Assembly: GCA_947478395.1 (NCBI GenBank)
Contig: CANJVR010000003.1
Span: 64,001 to 128,000 of the forward strand
Length of the DNA stretch: 64,000 bases
Direction: 5' to 3'
From: Opitutia bacterium
GTDB taxonomy: Bacteria > Verrucomicrobiota > Verrucomicrobiia > Opitutales > Opitutaceae
Made by a program: the position numbers and the translations under genes. Positions 36,727 to 45,882 of the stretch are shown piece by piece (the first letter of the stretch is position 1; each line of letters starts with the position of its first letter). The notes under the pieces were generated by a model that saw only the letters and a program-made list of their open reading frames with translations, was not told the DNA's origin and did no database searches.

Positions 36727-37710
36727 ATGAAATCCCCTATTCGCGTCGCTGTCACCGGAGCTGCCGGTCAAATCGGTTACTCCCTTCTCTTCCGCATCGC
36801 CTCCGGCGCGATGTTCGGCCCCGAACAACCGGTCATTCTTCAACTCATCGAGGCCCCGATCGAAAAAGCGATGAAGGCGCTCGAAGGCGTCGCCATGGAA
36901 CTCGACGACTGCGCCTTCCCCCTACTCAAGGGCTACGTCCTGACCGATGACGCCAACGTCGGCTTTAAAAACGCCAACTGGTCCCTGCTCGTCGGCGCCA
37001 AGCCCCGCGGTCCCGGCATGGAACGCGCCGACCTTCTCAAGGACAACGGCCGCATTTTCATCGCTCAGGGCAAAATCATCGATGCGGTCGCCGCCGATGA
37101 CGCCCGCGTCGCCGTCGTGGGCAATCCCGCGAACACAAACTGCATGATTGCCGCGTCGCAGGCCAAGCGCCTCCCGGCCGAGCGTTTCACCGCCATGGTC
37201 CGGCTCGACCAAAACCGCGCGCAGAGCCAGCTCGCGAAAAAAGCCGGCGTCGATCTCACCGCGGTCCAAAATATTTTTATCTACGGCAACCACAGCCCGA
37301 CGATGTTTCCCGCCTTCGCGCACGCCACGATCAACGGCCAGCCCGCCACCTCCGTCATCACCGACAGCGCGTGGCTCCAAGGTCCGTTCTGCGAAACCGT
37401 CGGTAAACGCGGCGCCGCCATCATCGCCGCCCGCGGCGCGTCCTCAGCCGCTTCCGCCGCCAACGCGCTGGTCGATCATGTGCGCTCGCTCGTGACGCCC
37501 GGCGCGATCCATTCCATCGCCGTGAAATCGAACGGCCGCTACGGCTTCGATGCCAACGTCTGGGCCGGCATGCCCGTGCGCACCACGACTCCGGGCAGCT
37601 ACGAAGTCATCACGAGCTACGTCATGGACGATTTCGCGAAATCGAAAATCGCCGCGACTAACAAAGAGCTCGCCGAGGAGCGCGCCTTCGTCGCCGAGCT
37701 CATCGCCTAA
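36727..37710 (+). CDS. mdh: Malate dehydrogenase
   Basis: [46 protein letters not shown]. Confidence 0.96.
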   Translation: MKSPIRVAVTGAAGQIGYSLLFRIASGAMFGPEQPVILQLIEAPIEKAMKALEGVAMELDDCAFPLLKGYVLTDDANVGFKNANWSLLVGAKPRGPGMERADLLKDNGRIFIAQGKIIDAVAADDARVAVVGNPANTNCMIAASQAKRLPAERFTAMVRLDQNRAQSQLAKKAGVDLTAVQNIFIYGNHSPTMFPAFAHATINGQPATSVITDSAWLQGPFCETVGKRGAAIIAARGASSAASAANALVDHVRSLVTPGAIHSIAVKSNGRYGFDANVWAGMPVRTTTPGSYEVITSYVMDDFAKSKIAATNKELAEERAFVAELIA

Positions 37711-37727
37711 AAATCGTTCTCGTTCTC

Positions 37728-37759
37728 AAAAACGGCACCCAATTTGGGTGCCGTTTTTT
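37728..37759 (+). terminator. Intrinsic terminator after mdh
   Basis: AAAAACGGCACCCA-ATT-TGGGTGCCGTTTTTT. Confidence 0.88.
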
Positions 37760-38097
37760 ATTGGCGAAGTCCGCCGAGACTTCCCGCAACTCGAACCGGC
37801 GCGTTGGCACCACAAATTTTTCCTGTGCCACGATGGTCAGGATTCTCCACGATCCGGCCTCGGCCGTTCGCTTAGGTACGCCGAAAGTCGGCCGCGATTG
37901 CCCGCCTCCGTCATCCGGCCGGCCGGCGATTAACTGCCGGGACAAAAGTCTGTTCGCCCGTTGGCGAATCTCATCCGCTGTTCAAATCCTACCGATCTTT
38001 CGAAAGCACACCGGTTACTCGGAGCAAAACTATCACGCCCGCGGATATCGAATGCAGGGCGCGATCTTCGCCATCGCGGCCCCAGCGGCGGTGTCGC

Positions 38098-38820
38098 TCA
38101 GCCGAGCAAACCCGTCAGCGCACGGTTTTTCGTCAGCGCGAACGCCCGCCTCATCTCAGCAAACGCGGCGATCAATTCCCGCGGCGAACCGTTCCGCGCA
38201 AAGCGCATCTCCAACGTCGCTCCATCGCATACGACCGCGGCGTCCACGCCCTCCACCGTCAGCGTGCAGCTCCGGCAATCCGAAGGATAATCCACTTTCA
38301 AAGCCACGCCCGTGCCGCCGTCGCCCGACTCCAATCCTTCCACCGCATCGATGACCGCTTCCACCTGCACGCCTTTCTTCAGCGCGAAGGCCACCGCAGA
38401 AAACTGGCTCGCGAACAAAGCATCGAACTCCGCCAACTCCGCCAATTCCGCCGCACGCACACGGTGCAAGGTGCGCGTCACGCCGTATTTCGCCGGATCG
38501 GTTTCATCGAGGGCGTAGGCCAGCTCGAAAATAAAGTCGCGCGTCGTCAGCACCGCGATCGGGCTCGAAATTTCCAGCGAAATTTGCGCCCGCTTGTAGT
38601 TCAGTCCCGACTTCGCCTGTTGGAAAAATTTCTCCGCCTCGTCCGCCAGTTCATCGGCGCAGAGCCGCGCGAGAAATCCGCTCGTTGCAGCGTTCACGAC
38701 ATCGGGCACGGTGTGATGGGTTTTCTTGAAACCACGGAGTGATTTCACCGTGCCATCGGTGCGGCCCACCAAACTGACCCGACTGACAAACGAAAGCGGA
38801 GTCTCCGCCGATTTTCCCAT
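38098..38820 (-). CDS. Hypothetical protein
   Basis: 240-aa ORF with typical GC3 bias; VKSLRGFKK.HH.VP, DYPSDC. Confidence 0.72.
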   Translation of the reverse strand: MGKSAETPLSFVSRVSLVGRTDGTVKSLRGFKKTHHTVPDVVNAATSGFLARLCADELADEAEKFFQQAKSGLNYKRAQISLEISSPIAVLTTRDFIFELAYALDETDPAKYGVTRTLHRVRAAELAELAEFDALFASQFSAVAFALKKGVQVEAVIDAVEGLESGDGGTGVALKVDYPSDCRSCTLTVEGVDAAVVCDGATLEMRFARNGSPRELIAAFAEMRRAFALTKNRALTGLLG

Positions 38821-39367
38821 GGCACCGATTCAGCCAGACGCATTCGGAGGCGCCACGCAAAAATCCCACTTATGCCGTCACCGGTCTCGCCCACCAGTCG
38901 AACGTGATCAGTCCGAGCCCGCTACCACCGGCTGCCACAGCAGCGCCAATAACATCGCGAGCCGACCACGAAGGACCGGGCTGAACGGCAGGAGTTTATC
39001 GTCCGCAACGCCAGCACGAGGATCACAACAACTTTCACTAATTTTCCCATGCGGGGAAATCGGGCTGAACGCGCAACGCTACAGCTGTCGCCTTTTCTCC
39101 TGCGTATTTCGCGCGTCGCAGCGGGCCGCAACGGATCCAAGATCGCAGCCAAACCTGACTGAACCCGATAAAACCCGGATTCGAATTTGGAACGACGCCC
39201 GGCGCATTCGCTCCGGCAACATGTCACCTATTAAGTGACATTTCCTCTGAAAACCACGCCCCCGGGGACCATGACCGTCGCATCGCGGACCCTCCCGGCT
39301 TTAAAAGAATTGGAATTCCCTGGTCCACCTTACGGACCATAGTCTTCGTTCCCGCATCCGAGCTGTT

Positions 39368-39784
39368 ATGCCCGCAACCGTTCCTATTCCCGTCGTCTGT
39401 GCCGTGATCGAACACGACGGGCTGGTGCTGGTGGCCCAACGTCCCGCGCACAAGCACCTCGCCCTGCAGTGGGAATTTCCCGGCGGCAAAGTCGAAGCCG
39501 GAGAATCGCCCGACGCCGCCATTATCCGCGAAATTCGCGAAGAACTCGGGTGCACGGTGGAGATTGTCCACCCGCTTCCCCGCTTCACCCACGATTACAG
39601 CACGGTCGTAATTGCGATGTTTCCTTTTGTCTGTCGCCTCGCGCCCAGCAGCCTTGCACCGATCGCCCATGAACACGTCGCGCTGCGCTGGGTTTCACCC
39701 GCGGATTTGAAGTCGTTCGATCTTGCCGCTGCCGATCACCCGGTGGTCGCCGCGTTTCAGCTTCTCAAACAAAGTAAGTTGTAA
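39368..39784 (+). CDS. NUDIX hydrolase (MutT/NudG-like)
   Basis: WEFPGGKVEAGESPDAAIIREIREELG Nudix box. Confidence 0.9.
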   Translation: MPATVPIPVVCAVIEHDGLVLVAQRPAHKHLALQWEFPGGKVEAGESPDAAIIREIREELGCTVEIVHPLPRFTHDYSTVVIAMFPFVCRLAPSSLAPIAHEHVALRWVSPADLKSFDLAAADHPVVAAFQLLKQSKL

Positions 39785-39901
39785 GCCGTGCAAGAGGCAC
39801 GCCCGCAGCACCGTTCTGCGCGGCTGATCGATTCGGACCGATCAAACCGTCCTCCGACCGCAGGCTACGGCCGGAGGACTGCGCCGAGCGGCTCCCTGAT
39901 C

Positions 39902-41518
39902 TTATTTCTGCGACCGCGAGTAATCGTAGTGAAACCAGTCGACGTCTACGTACCCGGTTTCGGCCTTTCCGTTGTAACTGTAGATTCCAATCCGGTCTCC
40001 GCGATAACTGCCCCAGGCGAGTTGATAAGCTTCGCCGCAGCCCGTGAAATTCTCGCCATCTTCGCTGTAAGAATACCGGCTCAATCCATCGAGGCCCCAC
40101 TCCGACCGGAGCCAGAGTTTTTTCGCGGTCACCAAAGGCCCGAGCGCGATCTTCGCACCATGCGTGGATTCGAGCGTGAGCGTCGCACCTGCCCGGCGTA
40201 CACCCAGCGTGCTGTTGTCCTTAGAAAAATGACACAGCCCCGCCACCTGCCCGTCCGCCAAACCCTCGAGATCGAGCGCCACCGTGACGATGTTCTCTTT
40301 GGTCCGCATCGCGCGCTGCGTGAGTGTGTTTCCCGCCGCCATCAGATCGTCTGCGCGCAACGGCTTAAATGCGTGCAAGCGGAGAAAGCCGGGGCGTTCG
40401 CTCAACGACCACTTCTCCGCACGAGGCTGGTAGTTCCACTCCCACTGGGGCGCTAGTCGCGCCGACGCAAACTCGTCGCCCGCTTGCAGTCCGCCCACCG
40501 CTAAATCGCGCCCCGGCATTTTTCCCGACCACGTCATTTTGCCCAATCCGTCCGCTCCCACGTCGCCTACAATCGGCCAGCCGTCGATCCACGTGACCGG
40601 CAGCAAACTCGCGGCGCGACCTTCCCAGCTGCCGCGGCCGTGATGCGTGAAAAAGTACCATTTTCCGTCGGGCCCTTCGACGAACCCGCCCTGGTTCGGT
40701 TCCATCGCGTCGCGGTCGGCCTGTTTCAGCTGGCGCTTTTCCGTGTACGGCCCGCCGATGGTTTTCGCCCGCTCCATCATGATCACGCGGCCTTCCGCGC
40801 GCACTTCGCTGAAAAAATGATAATAGGTGCCGCCGATTTTGTAGAGCTTGTTGGCCTCGCTGCCCTTCGACTGATAAATCACGCGGTCGGATTCCCGGAT
40901 CAATTCCCGCCCATCGGGAGTCATCTGCCAAAGGTGAATTTTATATCCGTCGCGAAAATTTGAACCGACGAGATAACCACGTCCATCGTCGTCCCAAAAT
41001 GGGCAGCAGTCATCCCAGCCCGCTTCCGCCAATATCCGGTGTAGTGGCGCCCACGGACCAGCCACATCTTTCGCGGTCGTCATGAAATAGCCTTCGTCAG
41101 GCGTCCCGAAATAAACCCAGAATTTTCCGTCGTGATGCCGAATCGCGCCCGCCCACACCCCTTTCCCGTAGCGACTCATCTGCGCCCAGTTCATCTCCGG
41201 TCCGATCTGCGTGAGATCGTCGATCGCATGCCCGGCGATCGTCCAGTTCACCAAATCGCGCGAATGCAATATCACCATCCCCGGTGAAAATTGAAACGTG
41301 GAAGAAATAGCGTAGTAATCCGAGCCCACGCGGATGCAGTCGATGTCGCTATAGTCGCCGGGAATCACCGGGTTCAAATACGTGCCATCACCTTGGTCGC
41401 CCCAATGCGGCCAGTCGCCCCACGTCTTCGGCGCGTCGGCTGCAAAAGCAACCCTCCCCCAGGCTAGCCCCAGTAAAATCGTCGTGAGCAGGAACGGGGA
41501 GCCGGATCGAGTTTTCAT
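39902..41518 (-). CDS. Secreted glycoside hydrolase family 43 (beta-xylosidase-like)
   Basis: NPVIPGDYSD, HSRDLVNW, GVWAG, DDCCPFWDDDG, C-terminal beta-sandwich. Start ATG 41518. Confidence 0.9.
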   Translation of the reverse strand: MKTRSGSPFLLTTILLGLAWGRVAFAADAPKTWGDWPHWGDQGDGTYLNPVIPGDYSDIDCIRVGSDYYAISSTFQFSPGMVILHSRDLVNWTIAGHAIDDLTQIGPEMNWAQMSRYGKGVWAGAIRHHDGKFWVYFGTPDEGYFMTTAKDVAGPWAPLHRILAEAGWDDCCPFWDDDGRGYLVGSNFRDGYKIHLWQMTPDGRELIRESDRVIYQSKGSEANKLYKIGGTYYHFFSEVRAEGRVIMMERAKTIGGPYTEKRQLKQADRDAMEPNQGGFVEGPDGKWYFFTHHGRGSWEGRAASLLPVTWIDGWPIVGDVGADGLGKMTWSGKMPGRDLAVGGLQAGDEFASARLAPQWEWNYQPRAEKWSLSERPGFLRLHAFKPLRADDLMAAGNTLTQRAMRTKENIVTVALDLEGLADGQVAGLCHFSKDNSTLGVRRAGATLTLESTHGAKIALGPLVTAKKLWLRSEWGLDGLSRYSYSEDGENFTGCGEAYQLAWGSYRGDRIGIYSYNGKAETGYVDVDWFHYDYSRSQK

Positions 41519-41637
41519 CAAAAGTGACGCTTTCAAGATCACGGCCATCGGGGCGCGCGTGCAAGCGCAAGGCGGACGACCTTTACCCGGGCGCGCTGTT
41601 ATCGCATCGGTTTACTTCAGCAGCGTGAAGGCGCACG

Positions 41638-43119
41638 CTAACGCGCGGCCCAAAAATCGATAAACCCGCGTTCGACGTCGGTTCGCACCAACGCCACGCG
41701 CAAGCGATCGCCCACCGCCAAGCCTTCATAACCCGCGTCGAGCCGCCCTTCGACGGGCGGCCGCAAGACGCGCACCCAGGTGCCTTTGTCGGAAGCACCG
41801 GTCACAATCGCATCGAACTGTTCCCCAATCCGGGTGCACAACACCAGCGCTGCCGCGGATTTTCCCACCTGGCGCTCCACCTTTTTCGCCGCGTCTTCCT
41901 GCGCCGTGCAACGCTCCGCGAGCGCGGCCAATTCGTCCGCCGAATACGGCGACGCCCCACCGGCCAGTGCCGCCTTCAACAATCGCTGCGTGATCAAGTC
42001 CGGGAAACGCCGGTTGGGCGCTGTCGAGTGGGTGTAGTCCCGCACGGCGAGCCCAAAATGCCCGGCGGAATTTCCGTCCGGTCGCTCCAAGACGTATTCG
42101 CCCGCGCCCATGAGCTTAATCACGCTCAACGACAGATCGGGAAATCCCACGCGGTCGGCCACCTTTGCCGCCACAAGAAATTTCTCCAGCGCCTTCGCGT
42201 CCGGCTCGCGCGGGAGTTGCGTCCCGCGTTGCGCGGCGAGTTCGACGATGCGATCCCAGTATTTCGGCGTGCGCACGACCCGCCGAATCGAGGGAAATTT
42301 CTTCGCGGCCAGAAACTGCGCCGCCACGCCGTTGGCCGCCACCATCAGGTCCTCGATGAGATGCTTCGCGCGGTTGGTCTTCACGGCCTCGATATCCTGG
42401 AGCGTTTCGCCCGCAAACGCCGGCCGCGCTTCGATCGTCTCGAACGAGAGCGCTCCCCGCTCCTGCCGCACCCAACGCAGGCCTTGCGCCACGCGATCCT
42501 GCAGCCGGAGATTCGCGTCGAGTCCCGGGACCACGCTGATCGCCGCCGGCGCAGGCGCCGTATCTTCCAGCCATGGCGCCACGCTATCGTAGGCGAGCTT
42601 CGCGCGATTGTGCACCAAGGCTTCGTAAACATCGGACCGCAGCAACGCACCCTTCCCATCGAACACCATTTCAACCACCACCGCGCGACGGTCGGCGTCG
42701 AAGTTGAGCGACGTCAGGTCGGTCGAGAGTTTCTCCGGCAGCATCGGGAAAATCTGCGCCACGGTGTAGACCGAAGTCGTGTTTTCCCGCGCATGGGCAT
42801 CGAGCGCCGAGCGTTGAGGCACCAAGGCGGCGACGTCCGCGATCGCCACCAAAATTTTGGTCGCGCCGTCCGGCAACGCCTCCGCGACGGATAACTGGTC
42901 GAGGTCCCGCGAGTCATCGTTGTCGATGGAGCACCAAAGCAGCGAACGCAGATCGCGCATGACCGGCCTCGCTCCCATCGCCCCCGCCGGGCGGTTAATG
43001 GTCGCCAGCTCCGCGAGCGCCGCCGGGGAAAAATCTGGTGCGAGCCCTCGCGCCACCATCGCCCGGCGTGCGATATCTTGCAGAATTACGCGGGGCGGCC
43101 GGGGGTCAGAGGTCATCAT
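41638..43119 (-). CDS. RNB domain ribonuclease (RNase II/R family)
   Basis: SIDNDDSRDLDQ, VAIADV, HFGLAVRDYTHSTAPNRRFPDL, C-terminal S1-like region. Confidence 0.9.
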   Translation of the reverse strand: MMTSDPRPPRVILQDIARRAMVARGLAPDFSPAALAELATINRPAGAMGARPVMRDLRSLLWCSIDNDDSRDLDQLSVAEALPDGATKILVAIADVAALVPQRSALDAHARENTTSVYTVAQIFPMLPEKLSTDLTSLNFDADRRAVVVEMVFDGKGALLRSDVYEALVHNRAKLAYDSVAPWLEDTAPAPAAISVVPGLDANLRLQDRVAQGLRWVRQERGALSFETIEARPAFAGETLQDIEAVKTNRAKHLIEDLMVAANGVAAQFLAAKKFPSIRRVVRTPKYWDRIVELAAQRGTQLPREPDAKALEKFLVAAKVADRVGFPDLSLSVIKLMGAGEYVLERPDGNSAGHFGLAVRDYTHSTAPNRRFPDLITQRLLKAALAGGASPYSADELAALAERCTAQEDAAKKVERQVGKSAAALVLCTRIGEQFDAIVTGASDKGTWVRVLRPPVEGRLDAGYEGLAVGDRLRVALVRTDVERGFIDFWAAR

Positions 43120-43251
43120 GGGGTGAGCGAAAAAAACCTTCCCGCCCTTCCGCGGTCAATGCAGGCGTGTCGATGCGACGCGATTGCGGCTTGGAATCCT
43201 CGCCGGGACTGTTCCCGATACTCGCTTCCAGTCCTCTTTCTTTTTCTCCCC

Positions 43252-44205
43252 ATGAAACTCCGCCTCGTCCTGTCCTGTTTCACGCTTGGACTCATTCACG
43301 CCCGCGCGGCCGAAACGCCCGCCGCTCCGCCCGCCACACTCGCCGCCGTGCTCGCTTCGCCCACGGCCGACCTCAAAAACCTCGTCGAACAAATCACGAA
43401 GAAGCTGCAGCAAGGAAAAGATACGGCCGCCGAGCTTGCCCCCGAAATCACGGCATTCGACGCGCTCCGCGCCAAGTATCGCACCCAAAAAACGGACGAG
43501 GTCGCGCAAATCTCCGTTATGCAGGCCACGCTCTACGCCGAGGTTCTGCACGACAACGACAAGGCCCTCGCGCTCTTGAAACAGCTCAAGGTTGATTTTC
43601 CTTCGCCCCAAATCGCCAGCAACGTCGACCCCATTATCGCGGGCATCGAAGAAGAAAAGAAAACCGCCGCAACGCAGGCCGGACTAATCGGCAAGCCAGC
43701 GCCTGAACTTCATTTCAAATGGAGCAGCCGCGACGCTCTCACGACCCTATCCGCCCTCAAAGGGAAAGTGGTGGTCATCGATTTCTGGGCCACGTGGTGC
43801 GGCCCGTGCGTCGCGTCGTTTCCCAACGTCCGGGAGCTCGCCGAACACTATAAAAACGCCGACGTCACCATCGTGGGCGTAACCAGTATTCAAGGCTTCG
43901 TGGCGGGTCTCGAGCCCGCGCGCATCGACACCAAGGGCGATCCGGCCAGGGAGATGGCGCTGATGAACGATTTCATCAAAGCGAAGCAGATGACCTGGAC
44001 CGTCGCGTTCAGTGATGAAGTCGTCTTCAACCCCGACTACGCGATTCGTGGCATTCCCTACATGGCGATCATCGCCCCCGACGGCACCGTGCGCCACACC
44101 GGCCTGCACCCGGCGATGCCGAGTGAGGAAAAGTACGCCATGATCGACACCATCCTGAAAGAGTTCGGCAAAAAGGTCCCCGCCGCGACCCAGACGAACA
44201 AGTAA
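43252..44205 (+). CDS. Secreted TlpA-family redoxin with N-terminal helical domain
   Basis: Signal peptide, DFWATWCGPC, GIPYMAII. Confidence 0.88.
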   Translation: MKLRLVLSCFTLGLIHARAAETPAAPPATLAAVLASPTADLKNLVEQITKKLQQGKDTAAELAPEITAFDALRAKYRTQKTDEVAQISVMQATLYAEVLHDNDKALALLKQLKVDFPSPQIASNVDPIIAGIEEEKKTAATQAGLIGKPAPELHFKWSSRDALTTLSALKGKVVVIDFWATWCGPCVASFPNVRELAEHYKNADVTIVGVTSIQGFVAGLEPARIDTKGDPAREMALMNDFIKAKQMTWTVAFSDEVVFNPDYAIRGIPYMAIIAPDGTVRHTGLHPAMPSEEKYAMIDTILKEFGKKVPAATQTNK

Positions 44206-44486
44206 AAGTGCGAGCCGCCGGGGCCGGTGCGGATCTCACCTTTCACCCGGGAAATCACCCCTGAATCAACCCAAGACTTGGGCCCCAGAGGACACGGATC
44301 CCAGATACCGAGGTCACCGCGATTCTCAGTTTCGCCCGGTGCGATCAGTCGCGAAATGCCTTTGGGCAAGAGCGAGAAATCTGCGGGCTAGCCCGCCGCC
44401 GGCACCGCAGCATGGTCGCGTTGGGACCATGTCCGCGGTTGATCCGGCGGGGCGTTGAAAATTGCGCTGCTTGCCGAGCGCGGTCG

Positions 44487-45878
44487 TCACACGTTCGCCA
44501 GCCGTCCGGAGGAGTCGCCGAAGCGCGGCAGATTTTCCACGCCGGCGTGATCGGCGAGGCTGAGGAAGAGATTCGAGAGCGGCTTGCCGCCATGCTTCAC
44601 GTAACGGCCCGGCGTCAATTTGCCGCCACCACCACCGGCGAGGACGAGCGGAAGATTGTCGTGCGAATGCCGGTTACCGTCGGCGTTACAACTGCCGTAA
44701 AGAATCCGCGTGTTGTGCAGCAGCGAATTCCCGTCGACGTCCGGCGTAGCTTCAAGCCGGGTCAGGAACCCCGCAAAACGCTCCGCGTACCAACGATCGA
44801 TCCGGGCAACTTTCTCGATGCGCTCCGGATTATTTTGGTGATGCGATAAATCGTGGTGCCCTTCCGGAATGCCCATGTGGCTGAACGAGCGGTTGTCGCC
44901 GTCGTTGCCGAGCATCATCGTCGCAACCCGCGTGGAGTCTGTTTTGAACGCGAGCAGCATCATGTCGTACATCAGGTCGACGTACTCGGCGTGGCTCTGA
45001 GGAATCCCAGACGGCGTCTCGACGGTCGGGTCCGGACTGGCCCCGAGTTTTTCCGCGCGTTGAATGCGGGCTTCGACGTCGCGCACGCCCGTCAAATATT
45101 GGTCGAGTTTTTCCCGGTCCGTGGTCGAGAGCCGCTTCTGCATGCGGTTCGCGTCGTCCATCACAAAGTCGAGCACCGAGCGGCGAGCCACGAGCCGGCT
45201 TTGCACCTGCTGTGAACGTTCGCCGTGCGGACCGACGCCAAACAGCCGCTCAAATACGAGCCGCGGATTATTCTCGGGCGTCATCGGCGTCGTCGCCGAT
45301 TTCCACGAGACATTGTACTGATACGCGCACGAATAACCCGAGTCGCAACCGGCGGACTTGCGATTGAGATCACAGGTCAGCTCCAGCGAAGGAAAGCGCG
45401 TCAGGTGTCCAACCTGATTGGCGATCACTTGATCGATCGAGATTCCGGCGCGAATATCGGTCGCACTTTTATTAATGCGAACGCCCGTGAGGAAAACGCC
45501 GGTGCCGCGGGCGTGATCGCCGCCGCCGTCCGGACCGCCGGTAGCATTAAGATGATCGAGCCCGCTTAGGACCTGGACTTGGCGCCGCAGCGGTTCCAGC
45601 GGAATCAGGGTGGGGTTAAACTTGAAATCGGTTTCGCCACCCTCCGGCCACCAAGCGCCGGGGATAGTGCCATTCGGGATCATGACGAACGCCGTGCGCA
45701 ACGGAGCGCCCGTCGCGGTGGTCGCCAGTTGCGGCGCAGCCGAAGCGGCCAGCAGGCGCGTGGGGAGCAACGACGTGAAGGCGGGCAAAGCAATCGTGGC
45801 CCCGAGGCCGCGCAGGAAATGACGGCGGTCCATCGGCGCAAAAGTTGAATCTGGAGAGGAAGGGCGGGATGTTTTCAT
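44487..45878 (-). CDS. DUF1552 domain protein (Tat substrate)
   Basis: DRRHFLRGLG..IALP, GDHAR, SIDQVIA, GCDSGYSCAY, HHDLSHH, GNRHSH. Confidence 0.9.
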   Translation of the reverse strand: MKTSRPSSPDSTFAPMDRRHFLRGLGATIALPAFTSLLPTRLLAASAAPQLATTATGAPLRTAFVMIPNGTIPGAWWPEGGETDFKFNPTLIPLEPLRRQVQVLSGLDHLNATGGPDGGGDHARGTGVFLTGVRINKSATDIRAGISIDQVIANQVGHLTRFPSLELTCDLNRKSAGCDSGYSCAYQYNVSWKSATTPMTPENNPRLVFERLFGVGPHGERSQQVQSRLVARRSVLDFVMDDANRMQKRLSTTDREKLDQYLTGVRDVEARIQRAEKLGASPDPTVETPSGIPQSHAEYVDLMYDMMLLAFKTDSTRVATMMLGNDGDNRSFSHMGIPEGHHDLSHHQNNPERIEKVARIDRWYAERFAGFLTRLEATPDVDGNSLLHNTRILYGSCNADGNRHSHDNLPLVLAGGGGGKLTPGRYVKHGGKPLSNLFLSLADHAGVENLPRFGDSSGRLANV

Positions 45879-45882
45879 ATTG

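Noticed and set aside
37960..38000. GTTCAAATCC T-loop-like motif
   Set aside because: No cloverleaf or acceptor stem around it; not a tRNA
38821..39367. Short ORFs in the 550-bp divergent gap (for example MGKLVKVVVILVLAL)
   Set aside because: No recognisable family and no consistent coding signal
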